Shown here: positions 1-12,768 of the stretch, piece after piece
How the letters are laid out: each line of letters starts with the position of its first letter
Position numbering within the stretch: position 1 is the stretch's first letter
Assembly: GCF_006345805.1 (NCBI RefSeq)
Contig: NC_043001.1
Span: 133,548,001 to 133,612,000 of the forward strand
Direction: 5' to 3'
Source: Octopus sinensis
Taxonomy: Eukaryota
DNA: 64,000 nt
Made by a program: the position numbers and the translations under genes
Notes under the pieces: generated by a model
Seen by the model: the letters and a program-made list of their open reading frames with translations, nothing else
The model's database searches: none
Told to the model about the DNA's origin: nothing

Positions 1-386
1 TTATTTTGGTTCAGAAAAAAATTAGGTGAGGGGCTTCCCCCACCAATCCCAGAATCATTGGAAATTTTCTTTTTCGTTGAATGAATTCCTGTGACCTCCT
101 AATATTGCAAAATTAGGTTACTCAAGGTGAACCTGGTAACTGATGGTTTAGAGCCATGATGCAACCAACAACCAGGTAAAAATCCCCGCCATTAATTTGG
201 TGTGGATGGGTAATATCAAATAATTCAATCCCAACATATTTAAATTAAACATGAAAAAATTGAAATATTATCATCACTTACATGGAAAAATTGAAATATT
301 ATCTTTCAGTATTTTATAAGGTAAAATCTTAAATTATTAATTGATACATTATTAATTATCTTATAACAGCAATGCCTGGAAAAATC

Positions 387-912
387 ATGGATTATATAGA
401 AAAATGCAAGCATGAAAAGTCATATTCTTAAAATTATAAACCTGGAAAAGTACAGGACAAGTTATTACACCTGTAAAAGTATAGGACAAGCTATTACTTC
501 TAGTAAAGTAAAGAATAAGAAACTTTTTACTTAAAATATTGCAGCTAAAATTAAAATTTGAATATTAAAAATTATTTTATTATAGTTTACAAATAACACT
601 ATACTTATTTAAGTAAAATTTGGCTAATCTACTACCTTAAATACAGAAAAAAGTGACTAATTAGACAAACTTACAAATTAGCTGAACAGTTTTGTACAAT
701 AAATTTAAAAGATGAGAACTGTAAAGAGTGATAAATTAGAAGAACTGGCATTCTTTGCTGCAATATTTTAAGTAAAAAGTTCCTTATCCTTTACTTTACT
801 TGAAGTAATAGTTTGTCCTATACTTTTACAGGTGTAATAACTTGTCGTGTACTTTTCCAGGTGTATAATCTTAAGAATATTACTTTTCATGCTCGCATTT
901 TTCCATGTAATA
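387..912. repeat. Imperfect inverted repeat (foldback relic)
   Basis: Arms at about 387-545 and 757-912, e.g. TTATTACACCTGTAAAAGTATAGGACAA versus TTGTCCTATACTTTTACAGGTGTAATAA. Confidence 0.75.
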
Positions 913-920
913 TATATATA

Positions 921-1330
921 CTCTTTACACTTTTACTCTTTTTCTTGTTTCAGTCATTTGACTGCGGCCATGCTGGAGCACCGCCTTTAGTCGAGCAAAT
1001 CGACCCTCGGGACTTATTCTTTGTAAGCCCAGTACTTATTCTATCGGTCTCTTTTGCCGAACCGCTAAGTGACGGGGACGTAAATACACAAGCATCGGTT
1101 GTCAAGCATTGCTAGGGAGACAAACACAGACATACAAACACATACACACACATACATATATATATATATACATATATACGACAGGCTTCTTTCAGTTTCT
1201 GTCTACCAAATCCACTCACAAGGCATTGGTCGGCCCGGGGCTATAGCAGAAGACACTTGCCCAAGATGCCATGCAGTGGGACTGAACCCGGAACCATATG
1301 GTTGGTTAGCAAGCTACTTATCACACAGCC
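921..1330 (-). mobile_element. tRNA-derived SINE family A
   Basis: CORE-like GTGGCA(T/C)CTTGGGCAAGT, internal (TA)n/(TG)n and an (AGAGTAA)n tail; head slightly truncated. Confidence 0.9.
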
Positions 1331-2044
1331 GACAATATTCGTCGAGGCAGCGAAACCCAGAGTTGAAGCCACGGTTCTGTCCGAGAAGAAGGATATACAT
1401 ATACATATATATATTTACACATATATGTGTGTGTGTGTGTGTGTGTGTTTGTCCCCCACTGCCACTTCACGACCGGTGTTGGTGTATTTACATCCTCGTA
1501 ACTTAGTTGTTCAGCATAAGAGACCAGTAGGAAAATTACCAGGCTTAAAAAGAAAATGAGTAGTGAGATCTATTATAGTGACTACTTTTTGCTCAAGGCA
1601 TGCTCCAGCATGGTCGAGTCTGATGATTAAAGCAAGTAAAACATAAAAGAAACGATAAAAGATACACATAAATGTGTGTGTGTGTGTGTGTGTGTGTGCG
1701 CACGTGCGTGTGTGTGTGCACACGTGCGTGTGTGTGTGCACACGTGCGTGTGTGTGCATATGTATTTGTGCATGCATGTGTATGACTCATGTACATATGA
1801 ATATACAATTACAGAGACATACAACCATATACGGGCACAAACAAAACACTTTCCATGGTTGATTGCACACACTTCCCATGTGAAAGAGAAGTGAATACAT
1901 TTGTATTCATTTTGAGTGGTGGTGTGTATATCGGAATATGGCCAGGCCATTGAGAATACACAACACAAGCTTAAAAGTCTTGTGTGTCAACATACACACA
2001 CACACAAACACACGTACACACACACACGACATAATTAGTCTTAA

Positions 2045-2265
2045 CCCTTTCGTTACTGTATTTTTTTTTAGATACTCTGTGTTTCTTTCAATTACTTTAA
2101 ATATAACAAATAATTTAGTAAACTAACTTAGTTAACACTAAGCTGGTGTTAGAAACGTAAATTGTGACTAAGGTTTGGTGGAAGATTTTAATTCAAAACT
2201 TATGAAAACAAGACATTTGTATTACAGAGCAAGAGCCAGTTTCAGCCGGGTTGGTAACGAAAGGG
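2045..2265. mobile_element. piggyBac-type MITE
   Basis: TTAA on both sides; TIR CCCTTTCGTTAC/GTAACGAAAGGG. Confidence 0.85.
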
Positions 2266-2685
2266 TTAAATGGTTGAACTCCTAGAACTCTTAAATGATA
2301 ACATGTATAAAGTGGGTTAAAAAAAACACCTTTCGATAGAAAAAGGCAACCATAAAGAATGAATTATTTCATGCTCTCCAGAAGCTGTTAAATTCTTATG
2401 AAATCAACACACATATATGTATACATATCATATAACCAACCAGGCTATCAGATGTTGTTACACATCACTGGTCGTAATGTGCATTTGCAGTGTTTTAGCC
2501 TTCAAATGACACCACCCCGCTGGCAAGGCGAGCTGGCCATCAACCCCCCCCCCCCGATAAAAGGGAGATTAGAGCAATGTGAAATGAAGTGTCTTGCTCA
2601 AGACCACAATGCACCACCCAGTCAGGGAACCAAACCTATGATCCAGCAATCATGAGTGCAACAGCCTAACCACTAGGCCACATGT

Positions 2686-2725
<40 letters not shown>

Positions 2726-3297
2726 CTTTACTACCCACAAAGGGCTAAACATAGAGGGGACAAACAAGGACAGACAAAGTGATTAAGTTGATTACATCGA
2801 GCCCAGTGTGAAACTGGTACTTTATTTATCGACCCCGAAAGGATGAAAGGCAAAGTCAACCTCGGCGGAATTTGAACTCAGAACGTAACGACAGACGAAA
2901 TACTGCTAGGCATTTCACCTGGTGCGCTAACATTTCTGCCAGCTTGCTGCCTTTATATATATATAAAGACCAGAACATCATGGTTACACCAAGGAGTTGA
3001 ATCATTGGTCTAATTATGGTGTGCTGGTGATCTGATGAGCTAGCATTCTTTATTTGCATTGATTTGTGAAGATACAATTGTATTGTATAATGCATACCAT
3101 GTTTATTCTTTTACTTGTTTCAGTCATTTGTCTGCAGCCATGCTGGAGCACCGCTTTTAGTATGTATGTATGAATGTATGTATGCAAGCTTGTGTGTTTG
3201 TATATGTGTATGTATGTATGCATGTATGTATGCATGTATGCATTTATGTATGTATATATGTGTATATATGTGTATGTATGTATGTATGTATGTATCA

Positions 3298-3395
<98 letters not shown>

Positions 3396-3881
3396 TGACT
3401 GACTGACTGACTGACTGACTGACTGATTCATTAAATCTTTAGGCCAAAACAATCCAAAATGAATTACAAATGTGAAAACAGCAACATTTGAAGTTTTGCC
3501 TTGTATTTCTTGGATATTTCAGGGTCCCATCCTCTTTGCCTTAACACATAGGAAAATGGGAGTTAGAGAAAAGCTGATAGAAAAAAGCTGGTATCTTTAC
3601 TCAGATATGCAGAACAGTATAGAAACTTTAGCAGATTGGTGTGATTATTGTAACCAATCTACATCCTGTAGTCCTTGCATGTTGTTTTATTTGTAATTTC
3701 ATTTGTTATCACAAACTGCTTGACCCAGTCTACTACCGATCCATTCATACACCCATCCACACAACACAATACATACGTACATACATTCATACATACATAC
3801 ATACACACATGCACACACATAAATGCATACATATATAATACATATATATATGTAATACATACATATGTAATGTATACATAT

Positions 3882-4317
3882 ATAGGCATAGGAGTGGCTG
3901 TGTGGTAAGTATAGGCATAGGAGTGGCTGTGTGGTAAGTAGCTTGCTTACCAACCACATGGTTTCAGGTTCAGTCCCACTGCATGGCACCTTGGGCAAGT
4001 GTCTTCTACTATAGCCTCGGGCCGACCAAAGCCTTGTGAGTGGATTTGGTAGATGGAAACTGAAAGAAGCTCGTCGTATATATATATGTATATATATACG
4101 TATGTGTGTGTATATGTTTGTGTCTGTGTTTGTCCCCGCAACATTGCTTGACAACCGATGCTGGTGTATTTACATCCCCGTAACTTAGCGGTCTGGCAAA
4201 AGAGACTGATAGAGTAAGTACTAGGCTTATAAAGAATAAGTCCTGGGGTCGATTTGCTCGACTAAAAGCGGTGCTCCAGCATGGCCACAGTCAAATGACT
4301 GAAACAAGTAAAAGAGT
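3882..4317 (+). mobile_element. SINE family A with a duplicated 29-bp head
   Basis: ATAGGCATAGGAGTGGCTGTGTGGTAAGT occurs at 3882-3910 and 3911-3939. Confidence 0.9.
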
Positions 4318-4559
4318 ATATATACATATATACACACACACATGCATACAACTGCATATGCATATATAGATAGATATAGATATATACATATTAATACATA
4401 TATATATATATATGTTTGCGCGTGTGTGTATATATATATGTATATGTATGTTATATATGTACATATACATATATGTATGTGTGTGTGTGTATGTGTGTGT
4501 GTGTGTGTATGCAGAGAGTGAGAGAAAGAGAGAGAGAGAGAGATAATGTAATGGATTAC

Positions 4560-4896
4560 CTGTTACAAGTATCGCTTTCTTGTTAATGTTCAGCAACAAT
4601 TTCCTTATATTCCTGTTAATTAGCAGTAGAATAAGGCCGGCTATAATAAGATGCCTTATGTGTCTTTGTTGGGGCAACAAACTGTTTGATAGCCAGTATA
4701 TGGCCAAAACGGCAGTTAATTTGATCATAAGACACAACTTGGCCTTAGTCTGGGGCAATTCCAATGCAAGAGAACACAAACACAGGTATAACAATTCCTT
4801 CGTCAAGAATAAGCTCTGAAATGTCTCCATGCTTGCTTCATTGTCAACAGATTTTTCTGCTTGGGGACAGGTGCCATCAGCAATTCCTGACAACAT
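4560..4896 (-). CDS. Exon 1 of a second, paralogous SDR9C-type gene (other exons not in window)
   Basis: ATG in CACACC-ATG context. 112 codons with hydrophobic segments ending NINKKAILVTG. The phase-1 donor G|GTAATC is at the same position as in the 28 kb gene. The last 31 aa align without gaps to that gene's exon 1 with 12 identities. Confidence 0.8.
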
Positions 4897-5861
4897 GGTG
4901 TGTGTCGGAGTGGCTGAATAGGTATTGATTGATTTTGTAATTCACAATTATTGTATGAGATTTAACTTTAAATATTCAGTACTTTAGTAAATTAAGTGAG
5001 AGAAGTAGAAATCAGACAGAGATATTGGTGCTGCTTGTTGTTATGACTGTGGTGACCAAACTAGCGATATATATATATCTATAGCAGGAATATATTGCAG
5101 CAAGTTTGTTGCTTGTGTATTTCTGTTGGGAGACTAGTTCTGAATGAAACACACGGGCTTCTATATAAATAATTGAGGGCAAATTTTTAAATCTCTTGAA
5201 AAAGGAATTCCCCACTCAATTTATCATAGATATATTTTTCCAAGAACAAAAATAACCACGTGTTTGCGTGGTGAATTTTGATCCTGTTACACTGAAAACT
5301 GGTGGTGGTGGTGGTGTTTTGGTGGTAGCAGTGGTGATCGTTGTGCTGGTGGTGACAGTGGTGGTAGCAGTGGTGGTGGTGGTGGTGGCAGTGGCGGTGG
5401 TGGTGGTAATGGAGGAGATAATGCTGATGATAGTGGTTGTGGCAGTGGTGGTGATGGTGGTATTGACAATGGTGATGTAATAATGGTTATGGTCATTTTT
5501 GTGTGTAGCGGTAGTGGTGGTGGTGGTGGTGGTGCAATGATGATTGTGGTGATATTGATGTTGTAGGCGTGATGATGTTGGTGATGGTGGTATAGGTTGT
5601 GATTGTATTGGTAGTGGTTGTAATTTTTGTATGATGATGATGATGATGATAACGAGGTGGATGCTTTTGTTTAACGAGTTATTTGTAGTGTGGTGTGGGA
5701 AACATACAAAATTGTTGGCAGGAGTGGAGTTAATAAGCAAAGAGGACATTATAATTAATACTTCTTTAATTGTAATCATAATGATTTTTCTCATGTAGAT
5801 ATGAAGAGCGTTTCTCAAAAGGAATCTATCAATCCAACCATGACTATCCTTCCAGGATCTC

Positions 5862-6264
5862 TCTTTACTCTTTACTCTTTTACTTGTTTCAGTCATTTGA
5901 CTGCGGCCATGCTGGAGCACCGCCTTTAGTCGAGCAAATCGACCCCGGGACTTATTCTTTGTAAGCCCTGTACTTATTCTATCGGTCTCTTTTGCCGAAC
6001 CGCTAAGTAACAGGGACGTAAACACACCAGCATCGGTTGTCAAGCAATGCTAGGGGGACAAACACAGACACACAAACACACACATATATATATATATATA
6101 CATATATACGACGGGCTTCTTTCAGTTTCCGTCTACCAAATCCACTCACAAGGCATTGGTCAGCCTGGGGCTATAGCAGAAGACACTTGCCCAAGATGCC
6201 ATGCAGTGGGACTGAACCCGGAACCATGTGGTTGGTTAGCAAGCTACTTACCACACAGCCACTC
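5862..6264 (-). mobile_element. SINE family A
   Basis: Near-identical to the other full-length copies. Confidence 0.9.
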
Positions 6265-6479
6265 CTTGTTTGTTTTTTTTTTTATTTTATTTTCCTATGT
6301 GCAAAGATCTCAGGACCACATTTGTCAAATTTTCCGGGTTTTTTTCTTTTAATGCAACAGTGTGTGATTTAAGGGAGATTTAGCAGCTTTTGTCTAACAG
6401 ACTAAGGAACAATATAGAGAGCCCCTCAGCCTGCTAGAAATAGCAGCAAAATCTCCATGCACAATCACCATCATGAGTA

Positions 6480-7230
6480 AAAATGGTAGCGGTATTGGTG
6501 GCAGTGTTGTTGTTGTTAGTGGTGGTGGTGGTGGTGGCAGTGGCAGTGGCAGTGGTGGTGGCAGTGGCAGCGGCGGTGGCGGCAGTGGCGGCAGTGTTGT
6601 TGTTGTTGGTAGTGGTAGTGGTAGTGGTGGTGGTGGCAGTGGTGGTGGTGGCAGTGGCAACAGTGTTGTTGTTGTTGTTAGTGGTGGTGGTGGTGGTGGT
6701 GGTGGTGGCAGTGGTGGTTGTGGTGGTGGTGGTGGTGCAGTGGCAGTGGCAACAGTGTTGGTAGTGGTAGTGGTAGTGGTAGTGGCAGTGACGGCAGTGT
6801 TGTTGTTGTTAGTGGTGGTGGTGGTGGCAGTGGTGGTTGTGGTGGTGGTGGCAGTGACAGCGGTGGTGGCGGCGGTGGCGGCAGTGTTGTTGTTGTGTTG
6901 GTGGTGGTGGTGGCAGTGGTGGTTGTGGTGGTGGTGGCAGTGGCAGCGGTGGTGGCGGCGGTGGCGGCAGTGTTGTTGTTGTTGGTGGTGGTGGTGGTGG
7001 TGGTGGTGGTGGTGGCAGTGGTGGTTGTGGTGGTGGTGGCAGTGGCAGCGGTGGTGGCGGCGGTGGCGGCAGTGTTGTTGTTGTTGGTGGTGGTGGTGGT
7101 GGTGGTGGTGGCAGTGGTGGTTGTGGTGGTGGTGGCAGTGGCAGCGGTGGTGGCGGCGGTGGCGGCAGGGTTGTTTTTTGTTGTTGGGTTGGTGGTGGTG
7201 GTGGTGGTGATAACGATGATGATGATCTTG
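6480..7230. repeat. Compound (GGT)n/(GGC)n/(GTT)n tract with about 100-bp subrepeats
   Basis: Similar tracts at 5298-5650 and 13440-13990; these produce the low-complexity ORFs. Confidence 0.95.
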
Positions 7231-7599
7231 TAATTCCTGAGCTACAGCTCTTGTTGTAGCTTCTAATATTTGCAAGCCTTAGGAGCAACCAGTCCAGTCC
7301 AGTCAGTCCACAACAATAGAAAACACACTGACCTCTTGCAATCAACCATCAATGGCCACTCTACAGACTACTTGATAGTCAGTCATACATAGATATATTA
7401 TATATTACAGAGACCACCAGGCAACCATTCAGCAAGTTCCTCTGAAGATTTTAGTGTAGTAATCCTATGTATTCAAAACATTACATCACCACCACCACCA
7501 AATCAAGATGCGTATTTAATATTTCAGTTTAGTAATCATGTGAGGAAGAAGTTTTTTCTTCCCCGATTTTGACTGACTAATTAGTGTAATGACAGTCTT

Positions 7600-8150
7600 G
7601 ATATATATTGTGATGAGTCAAGTTTTGTAATGGTTTGGTAATTTGTTTGCTTTATTCATCATGTTACAACAAAATCAACCGAGGCTATCCTGTTGCACCA
7701 TCTGAAGTCACCTTTCTGCCAGTTCTTTGATCCCATCCTGATACCAGTCCTTGCCCTTTGAAGCAAAGAACTTCTTCACTGAAGCTTCCACCTCTTCTTG
7801 GTTGATGAAGCATCAAGAGTGCAGTAAGTGAGCCATGGATCAAAACAAGTAATACTCCAATGGAGCTAGAAGTCCAGGTTACATGCTGGGTGTGGCATCA
7901 GTTTGATTCCCTCAAGTTTCCAGAGTTTATTCAAGATTGTTTGAGTTGCTTGAAGTCTTGCATCAACTTCAGAAGAGCTTGCTTTCTTTTAACCAATGTC
8001 AGGTGCTTTTGAATGCGCAATGGCATACATCCAATCAAGCTGTTTGGAGGGCAGGTGGGCATCAATGGTCCAAACTGCCCAGAATGAATTCATAGTGAAT
8101 TTTCCCCTCAATAATTCCACCACATGCAGAGCATCAACTTGTGTTTGAAA
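7600..8150 (-). pseudogene. Mariner transposase relic (C-terminal half)
   Basis: KLMLCMWWN, decayed HPAYSPDLAP, and EEVEASVKKFFASKGKDWYQDGIKELAER*, with stops and frameshifts. Confidence 0.8.
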
Positions 8151-8237
8151 CACCCCTCTTTGGGGAAAGGTTCAGGAACCTGACCCTTGTTTAACCACTG
8201 CTTATGCATGTTAGAATTGCTGAAAAATATCTCCCTT

Positions 8238-8430
8238 GGATTATTACTTGTTCCAATCCATGGCTCACTTGCTGCTCTCATAACACTTCATCAACAGAGA
8301 GGAAGTGGAAACTTCAGTGAAGGAATTCTTTGCCTTGAAGGACAAAAACTGCTATCAGTGTAGGATCAAAGAACTAATAGAAAAGTAGTTTCAGATGGTA
8401 CAACGCAATGGCTTCTTCTTTGAATGCTAA
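8238..8430 (+). pseudogene. Second mariner C-terminal relic, inverted relative to 7600-8150
   Basis: DYYLFQSMAHLL...EEVETSVKEFFALKDKNCYQCRIKEL. Confidence 0.7.
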
Positions 8431-8505
8431 GCTGCTTTTGTTGTAACTTGACGATAAAGCAAATCAGTTGCCAAAATATTGCAAAACTTTTGACTCAACA
8501 CAATA

Positions 8506-8541
<36 letters not shown>

Positions 8542-8563
8542 ATGTTACATTACTCGGTAGTCA

Positions 8564-8625
8564 AGATAAAACTCTGAGTTCAGATGCCGAAGTGGAAATC
8601 CACAACACCATCTCTTCGGTTATCT
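8564..8625 (-). ncRNA. Inverted copy of the pLTR hammerhead with a one-A deletion in GAAA
   Basis: Reverse complement of 9402-9464, except GAAAC reads GAAC; probably inactive. Confidence 0.5.
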
Positions 8626-9401
8626 GGCTATTTGAAAACGTTATGAAAAAATACCGTTAAAAATGAAGGGAAATTACTCTGTTATAACTCTGCTTTGCCT
8701 GCGTACTTATACATCGCTCGCATTTTTCGTCATAAAAATTATATAAAAATACATAAAAATATATAAAAAATATAAAAATATATAAAATCTTCTTGGGACA
8801 TAACACAGAAAGCATGTTCTATCCGTTTTCTTTAGGGGACCAAAAACGTAACAGAAATTTAGTCACATGTGGGCATGATCCGAAAAGCTCTGTCCTTGTA
8901 TTTAGACATGTGGTAGGGTCTAAGCTGCTTTTCAGATAAGCCATCTCTCCATGTCGCATTAACCGCACCTTCCGCTGCCGTTAGTATAGGGCTTACATCT
9001 GGCCAAAATCTTCCATTGTATGTTATAATCGACACCTTTATCTCTTAAAGACCAAATATGATTGGATAATTGTGTCGCTTTTCTTTTGTTCCAGTGCCTA
9101 AAGCTCAAAGTGTGGTTATTGAACCTGGCCTTGAAATTACCCTCTGTTAGGCCCACATATTTCTTCGTCGAAACGGTCTTGTCTTTGTGGTTATAGAGTT
9201 TACGGTAGCTTCATATATGATGGTCTCTTGGTAATTTCAAGGCCAGGTTCAATAACCACACTTTGAGCTTTAGGCACTGGAACAAAAGAAAAGCGACACA
9301 AAAATGCGAGCGATGTATAAGTACGCAGGCAAAGCAGAGTTATAACAGAGTAATTTCCCTTCATTTTTAACGGTATTTTTTCATAACGTTTTCAAATAGC
9401 C

Positions 9402-9464
9402 AGATAACCGAAGAGATGGTGTTGTGGATTTCCACTTCGGCATCTGAAACTCAGAGTTTTATCT
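9402..9464 (+). ncRNA. Hammerhead-ribozyme-like motif (type I) in pLTR
   Basis: Stem I AGATAA/TTATCT, core CCGAAGA, stem II GATG/CATC carrying a GTGGA/TCCAC hairpin, GAAA, stem III ACTCAGAGT, GTT triplet. Confidence 0.6.
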
Positions 9465-9593
9465 TGACTACGAGTAATGTAACATATTGTATAGATAAAT
9501 TTCCTCTATTTACATAATATTGAGGTCTCTTTCTTTCTTTTGTTATCTTACCGTTTTATCAATATATATATATATATAATAATGTATGTATGC

Positions 9594-9631
<38 letters not shown>

Positions 9632-9660
9632 TGTGTGTGTGTGTGTGTGTGTATATGTAT

Positions 9661-9882
9661 ATCATCATCATCATCATCGTTTAACGTCCGTTTCCGCGCT
9701 AGCACGGGTTGGACGGTTTCGACCGGGGTCTGGGGAGCTAGGGACTGCCCCAGGCTCCAGTCTAGTCTGGCAGTGTTTCTACAGCTGGATGCCCTTCCTA
9801 ACGCCAACCACTCCATGAGTGTAGTGGGTGTTTTTTTACGTGCCACCTGCACAGGTGCCAGAGGGGTCTGGCATCGGCCACG
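9661..9882 (-). mobile_element. SINE family E with a (GAT)n tail
   Basis: Other copies at about 10370-11870 (-, hosting the minisatellite), 14820-15140 (+), 16340-17190 (+) and 20375-20600 (-). Internal GCCGGTGGCACGTAAAAAGCACC subrepeats. Confidence 0.8.
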
Positions 9883-9916
9883 TTATATATTATATATATA
9901 ATATAATATATATATA

Positions 9917-9957
<41 letters not shown>

Positions 9958-10104
9958 TATATATATGTATATATATATATTGTAGGAACAGCAAGCAAGT
10001 GAATCAGTTTGATGCTAAGGAAAAATGGAAAAGTATTTTATGTTTCGAGCCTTTGCTCTTCGAAAGAAAGAAATAAGGGAAATAAATGGTGAGAGAATGA
10101 AAAA

Positions 10105-10135
<31 letters not shown>

Positions 10136-10426
10136 TATAGTAAATCCAAAAAAGAAGAACAACAAACACAAAAAAAAACACAACAATGCAAGGATGTGGT
10201 ACATGTAAAGTATTAACAGATGCTCAGGGAAGGAAAGAAAGATAGTTTAACATGTTGAGCAAACGCTCTTCTTTGGAAACAGAGGAAAGTCCAATAGAAA
10301 GAAGACAGAGGAAGAAATTCGCCAACGATGATATATATGTATATATTTGTGGTTACAAATATATACATATGCATCATCATCATCATCATTATCATCATTT
10401 AATGTCCACTGTCCATGGTGGCATCG

Positions 10427-11690
10427 GCTAGATGGCTTGACCAGAGGTGGCTAGATGGCTTGACTAGAGGTGGCTAGATGGCTTGACCAGAGGTGGCTAG
10501 ATGGCTTGACCAGAGGTGGCTAGATAGCTTGACCAGAGGTGGCTAGATGGCTTGACCAGAGATGGCTAGATGGCTTGACTAGAGGTGGCTAGATGGCTTG
10601 ACCAGAGGTGGCTAGATGGCTTGACCAGAGGTGGCTAGATGGCTTGACCAGAGATGGCTAGATGGCTTGACTAGAGGTGGCTAGATGGCTTGACCAGAGG
10701 TGGCTAGATGGCTTGACCAGAGGTGGCTAGATGGCTTGACCAGAGATGGCTAGATGGCTTGACTAGAGGTGGCTAGATGGCTTGACCAGAGGTGGCTAGA
10801 TGGTTGACCAGAGGTGGCTAGATGGCTTGACCAGAGATGGCTAGATGGCTTGACTAGAGGTGGCTAGATGGCTTGACCAGAGGTGGCTAGATGGCTTGAC
10901 CAGAGGTGGCTAGATGGCTTGACAGAGATGGCTAGATGGCTTGACTAGAGGTGGCTAGATGGCTTGACCAGAGGTGGCTAGATGGCTTGACCAGAGGTGG
11001 CTAGATGGCTTGACCAGAGATGGCTAGATGGCTTGACTAGAGGTGGCTAGATGGCTTGACCAGAGGTGGCTAGATGGCTTGACCAGAGGGGCTAGATGGC
11101 TTGACCAGAGATGGCTAGATGGCTTGACTAGAGGTGGCTAGATGGCTTGACCAGAGGTGGCTAGATGGCTTGACCAGAGGTGGCTAGATGGCTTGACCAG
11201 AGATGGCTAGATGGCTTGACTAGAGGTGGCTAGATGGCTTGACCAGAGGTGGCTAGATGGCTTGACCAGAGGTGGCTAGATGGCTTGACCAGAGATGGCT
11301 AGATGGCTTGACTAGAGGTGGCTAGATGGCTTGACCAGAGGTGGCTAGATGGCTTGACCAGAGGTGGCTAGATGGCTTGACTAGAGGTGGCTAGATGGCT
11401 TGACCAGAGGTGGCTAGATGGCTTGACCAGAGGTGGCTAGATAGCTTGACCAGAGGTGGCTAGATGGCTTGACTAGAGGTGGCTAAATGGCTTGACTAGA
11501 GGTGGCTAGATAGCTTGACCAGAGGTGGCTAGATAGCTTGACCAGAGGTGGCTAGATGGCTTGACTAGAGGTGGCTAAATGGCTTGACTAGAGGTGGCTA
11601 GATAGCTTGACCAGAGGTGGCTAGATAGCTTGACCAGAGGTGGCTAGATGGCTTGACTAGAGGTGGCTAGATGGCTTGACTAGAGGTGGC
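10427..11690. repeat. 23-bp minisatellite, about 55 copies, with 4-unit higher-order structure
   Basis: Unit GGCTAGATGGCTTGACCAGAGGT; no spacers. Confidence 0.97.
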
Positions 11691-12169
11691 AAGCTGGAGA
11701 GCTGCACCAGTCTCCAGTTTGATTTGGCATGGTTTCTAAGGCTGGAGGCCTGTCTTAACATCAACCACTTTATAGAGTGTTGTGGGTGCTTTTAAGCAGC
11801 ACTGCACGAGCACTTTTATGTGGCACCAGCATGGGTGCTTTTTATGTGGTACTGGCACAAGACTCTTGCCAATGCATGAAACTCTTGGACCTTGAGTCAC
11901 TCAAGAAAACATATTTACAATGTAAATATGGTTTCTTCTTTTTTTTTTTTTTTGCTTGGACACTGGTTTTCACAATAGATTTTCCCTTATCTTGAAAAGA
12001 AATTTTTAATCGAAAAAATTTCTTAACAATGAACTTTTATCTTACCTTATATATTATTTATTTATATGTTTCCTATATATATGTATTTTTATATCTTTTT
12101 ATATATTTACATATTTCTTTATATTTTTATATATTTGTAAATAATACATGTGATATAATTTTCCTGTTG

Positions 12170-12620
12170 CCAGCCATAGGCTCTTCTAGCAGCCACCCTC
12201 TTCACCCTAGGCAGCAGTACCTCCTCCAGGCACTTGATGTAGGGCTCCATGTTGAGTCTGAGGTCATGTGGGAAGATGAGTGGAGGCATAACGTCACTGT
12301 CACTAGTGATCAGTCCAAACACCATGATGTTGAATGGATGTTTGATTTTTATCACTCTTGGTACATATCCTCAGACTGACACCCAAACACTCTGAAATGT
12401 TTGTATTGGAGCTTCCAGTGTGAATGCCAAGTAGTACAGCATGTCATTTCCAAATTTCTGGCAGAATGAATTGCATAACGGTACTGTTTTTCTCACAGAT
12501 GGTGCCCAACTGACCCCACTATACTGTACTATATTGTGTAATCAACAAAGCCAAAAACAAACAATGTACTTGTGTGAAATTAAAGATATAAAATAGCAAC
12601 AATTAAACCATCACACCCTG
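12170..12620 (-). mobile_element. Internally deleted DD37D/maT-type Tc1/mariner element
   Basis: Terminus TA|CAGGGTGTGATGG at 12620. An N-terminal HTH relic is fused to KHPFNIMVFGLITSDSDVMPPLIFPHDLRLN...WQQ. Confidence 0.7.
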
Positions 12621-12730
12621 TATGTATGTATGTATATATATATATATATATGTACCAATATATATAACGCCATGATAGATCGCTAGCTCCTACACGCATT
12701 TTTTTTCTCTCCTTGTTTTTTTTCTGTGTA

Positions 12731-12768
12731 TCTTTCTGTCGAAGAGCGTAGGCTCGAAACGTAAAAGA
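12731..12768 (+). ncRNA. Minimal hammerhead-like motif
   Basis: TCTTT CTGTCGA A GAGC[GTAG]GCTC GAAA C GTA AAAGA. Stem I TCTTT/AAAGA; the core has A6>T. Confidence 0.55.

Larger units (their letters stand above)
8533..9493 (-). mobile_element. Penelope-like element remnant: GIY-YIG fragment between inverted pLTRs
   Basis: The minus strand encodes IIYEATV...YVGLTEGNFKARFNNH (GIY-YIG). Inverted arms at 8533-8727 and 9300-9493. Inner inverted duplication at 9070-9141 and 9230-9301. Confidence 0.88.

Noticed and set aside
1-4559. Exons 2-5 of the second SDR paralog
   Set aside because: I found no CDxGFG, NNAG or YxxxK segment on the minus strand by eye; they probably lie beyond the window start.
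5216-7345. Long His/Pro/Gly/Thr-rich ORFs (up to 293 aa)
   Set aside because: These are translations of (GGT)n tracts, open in several frames on both strands and fused to SINE sequence.
10427-11690. 23-bp array as a CRISPR locus
   Set aside because: The units are contiguous with no unique spacers, the context is eukaryotic, and the unit derives from a SINE segment.
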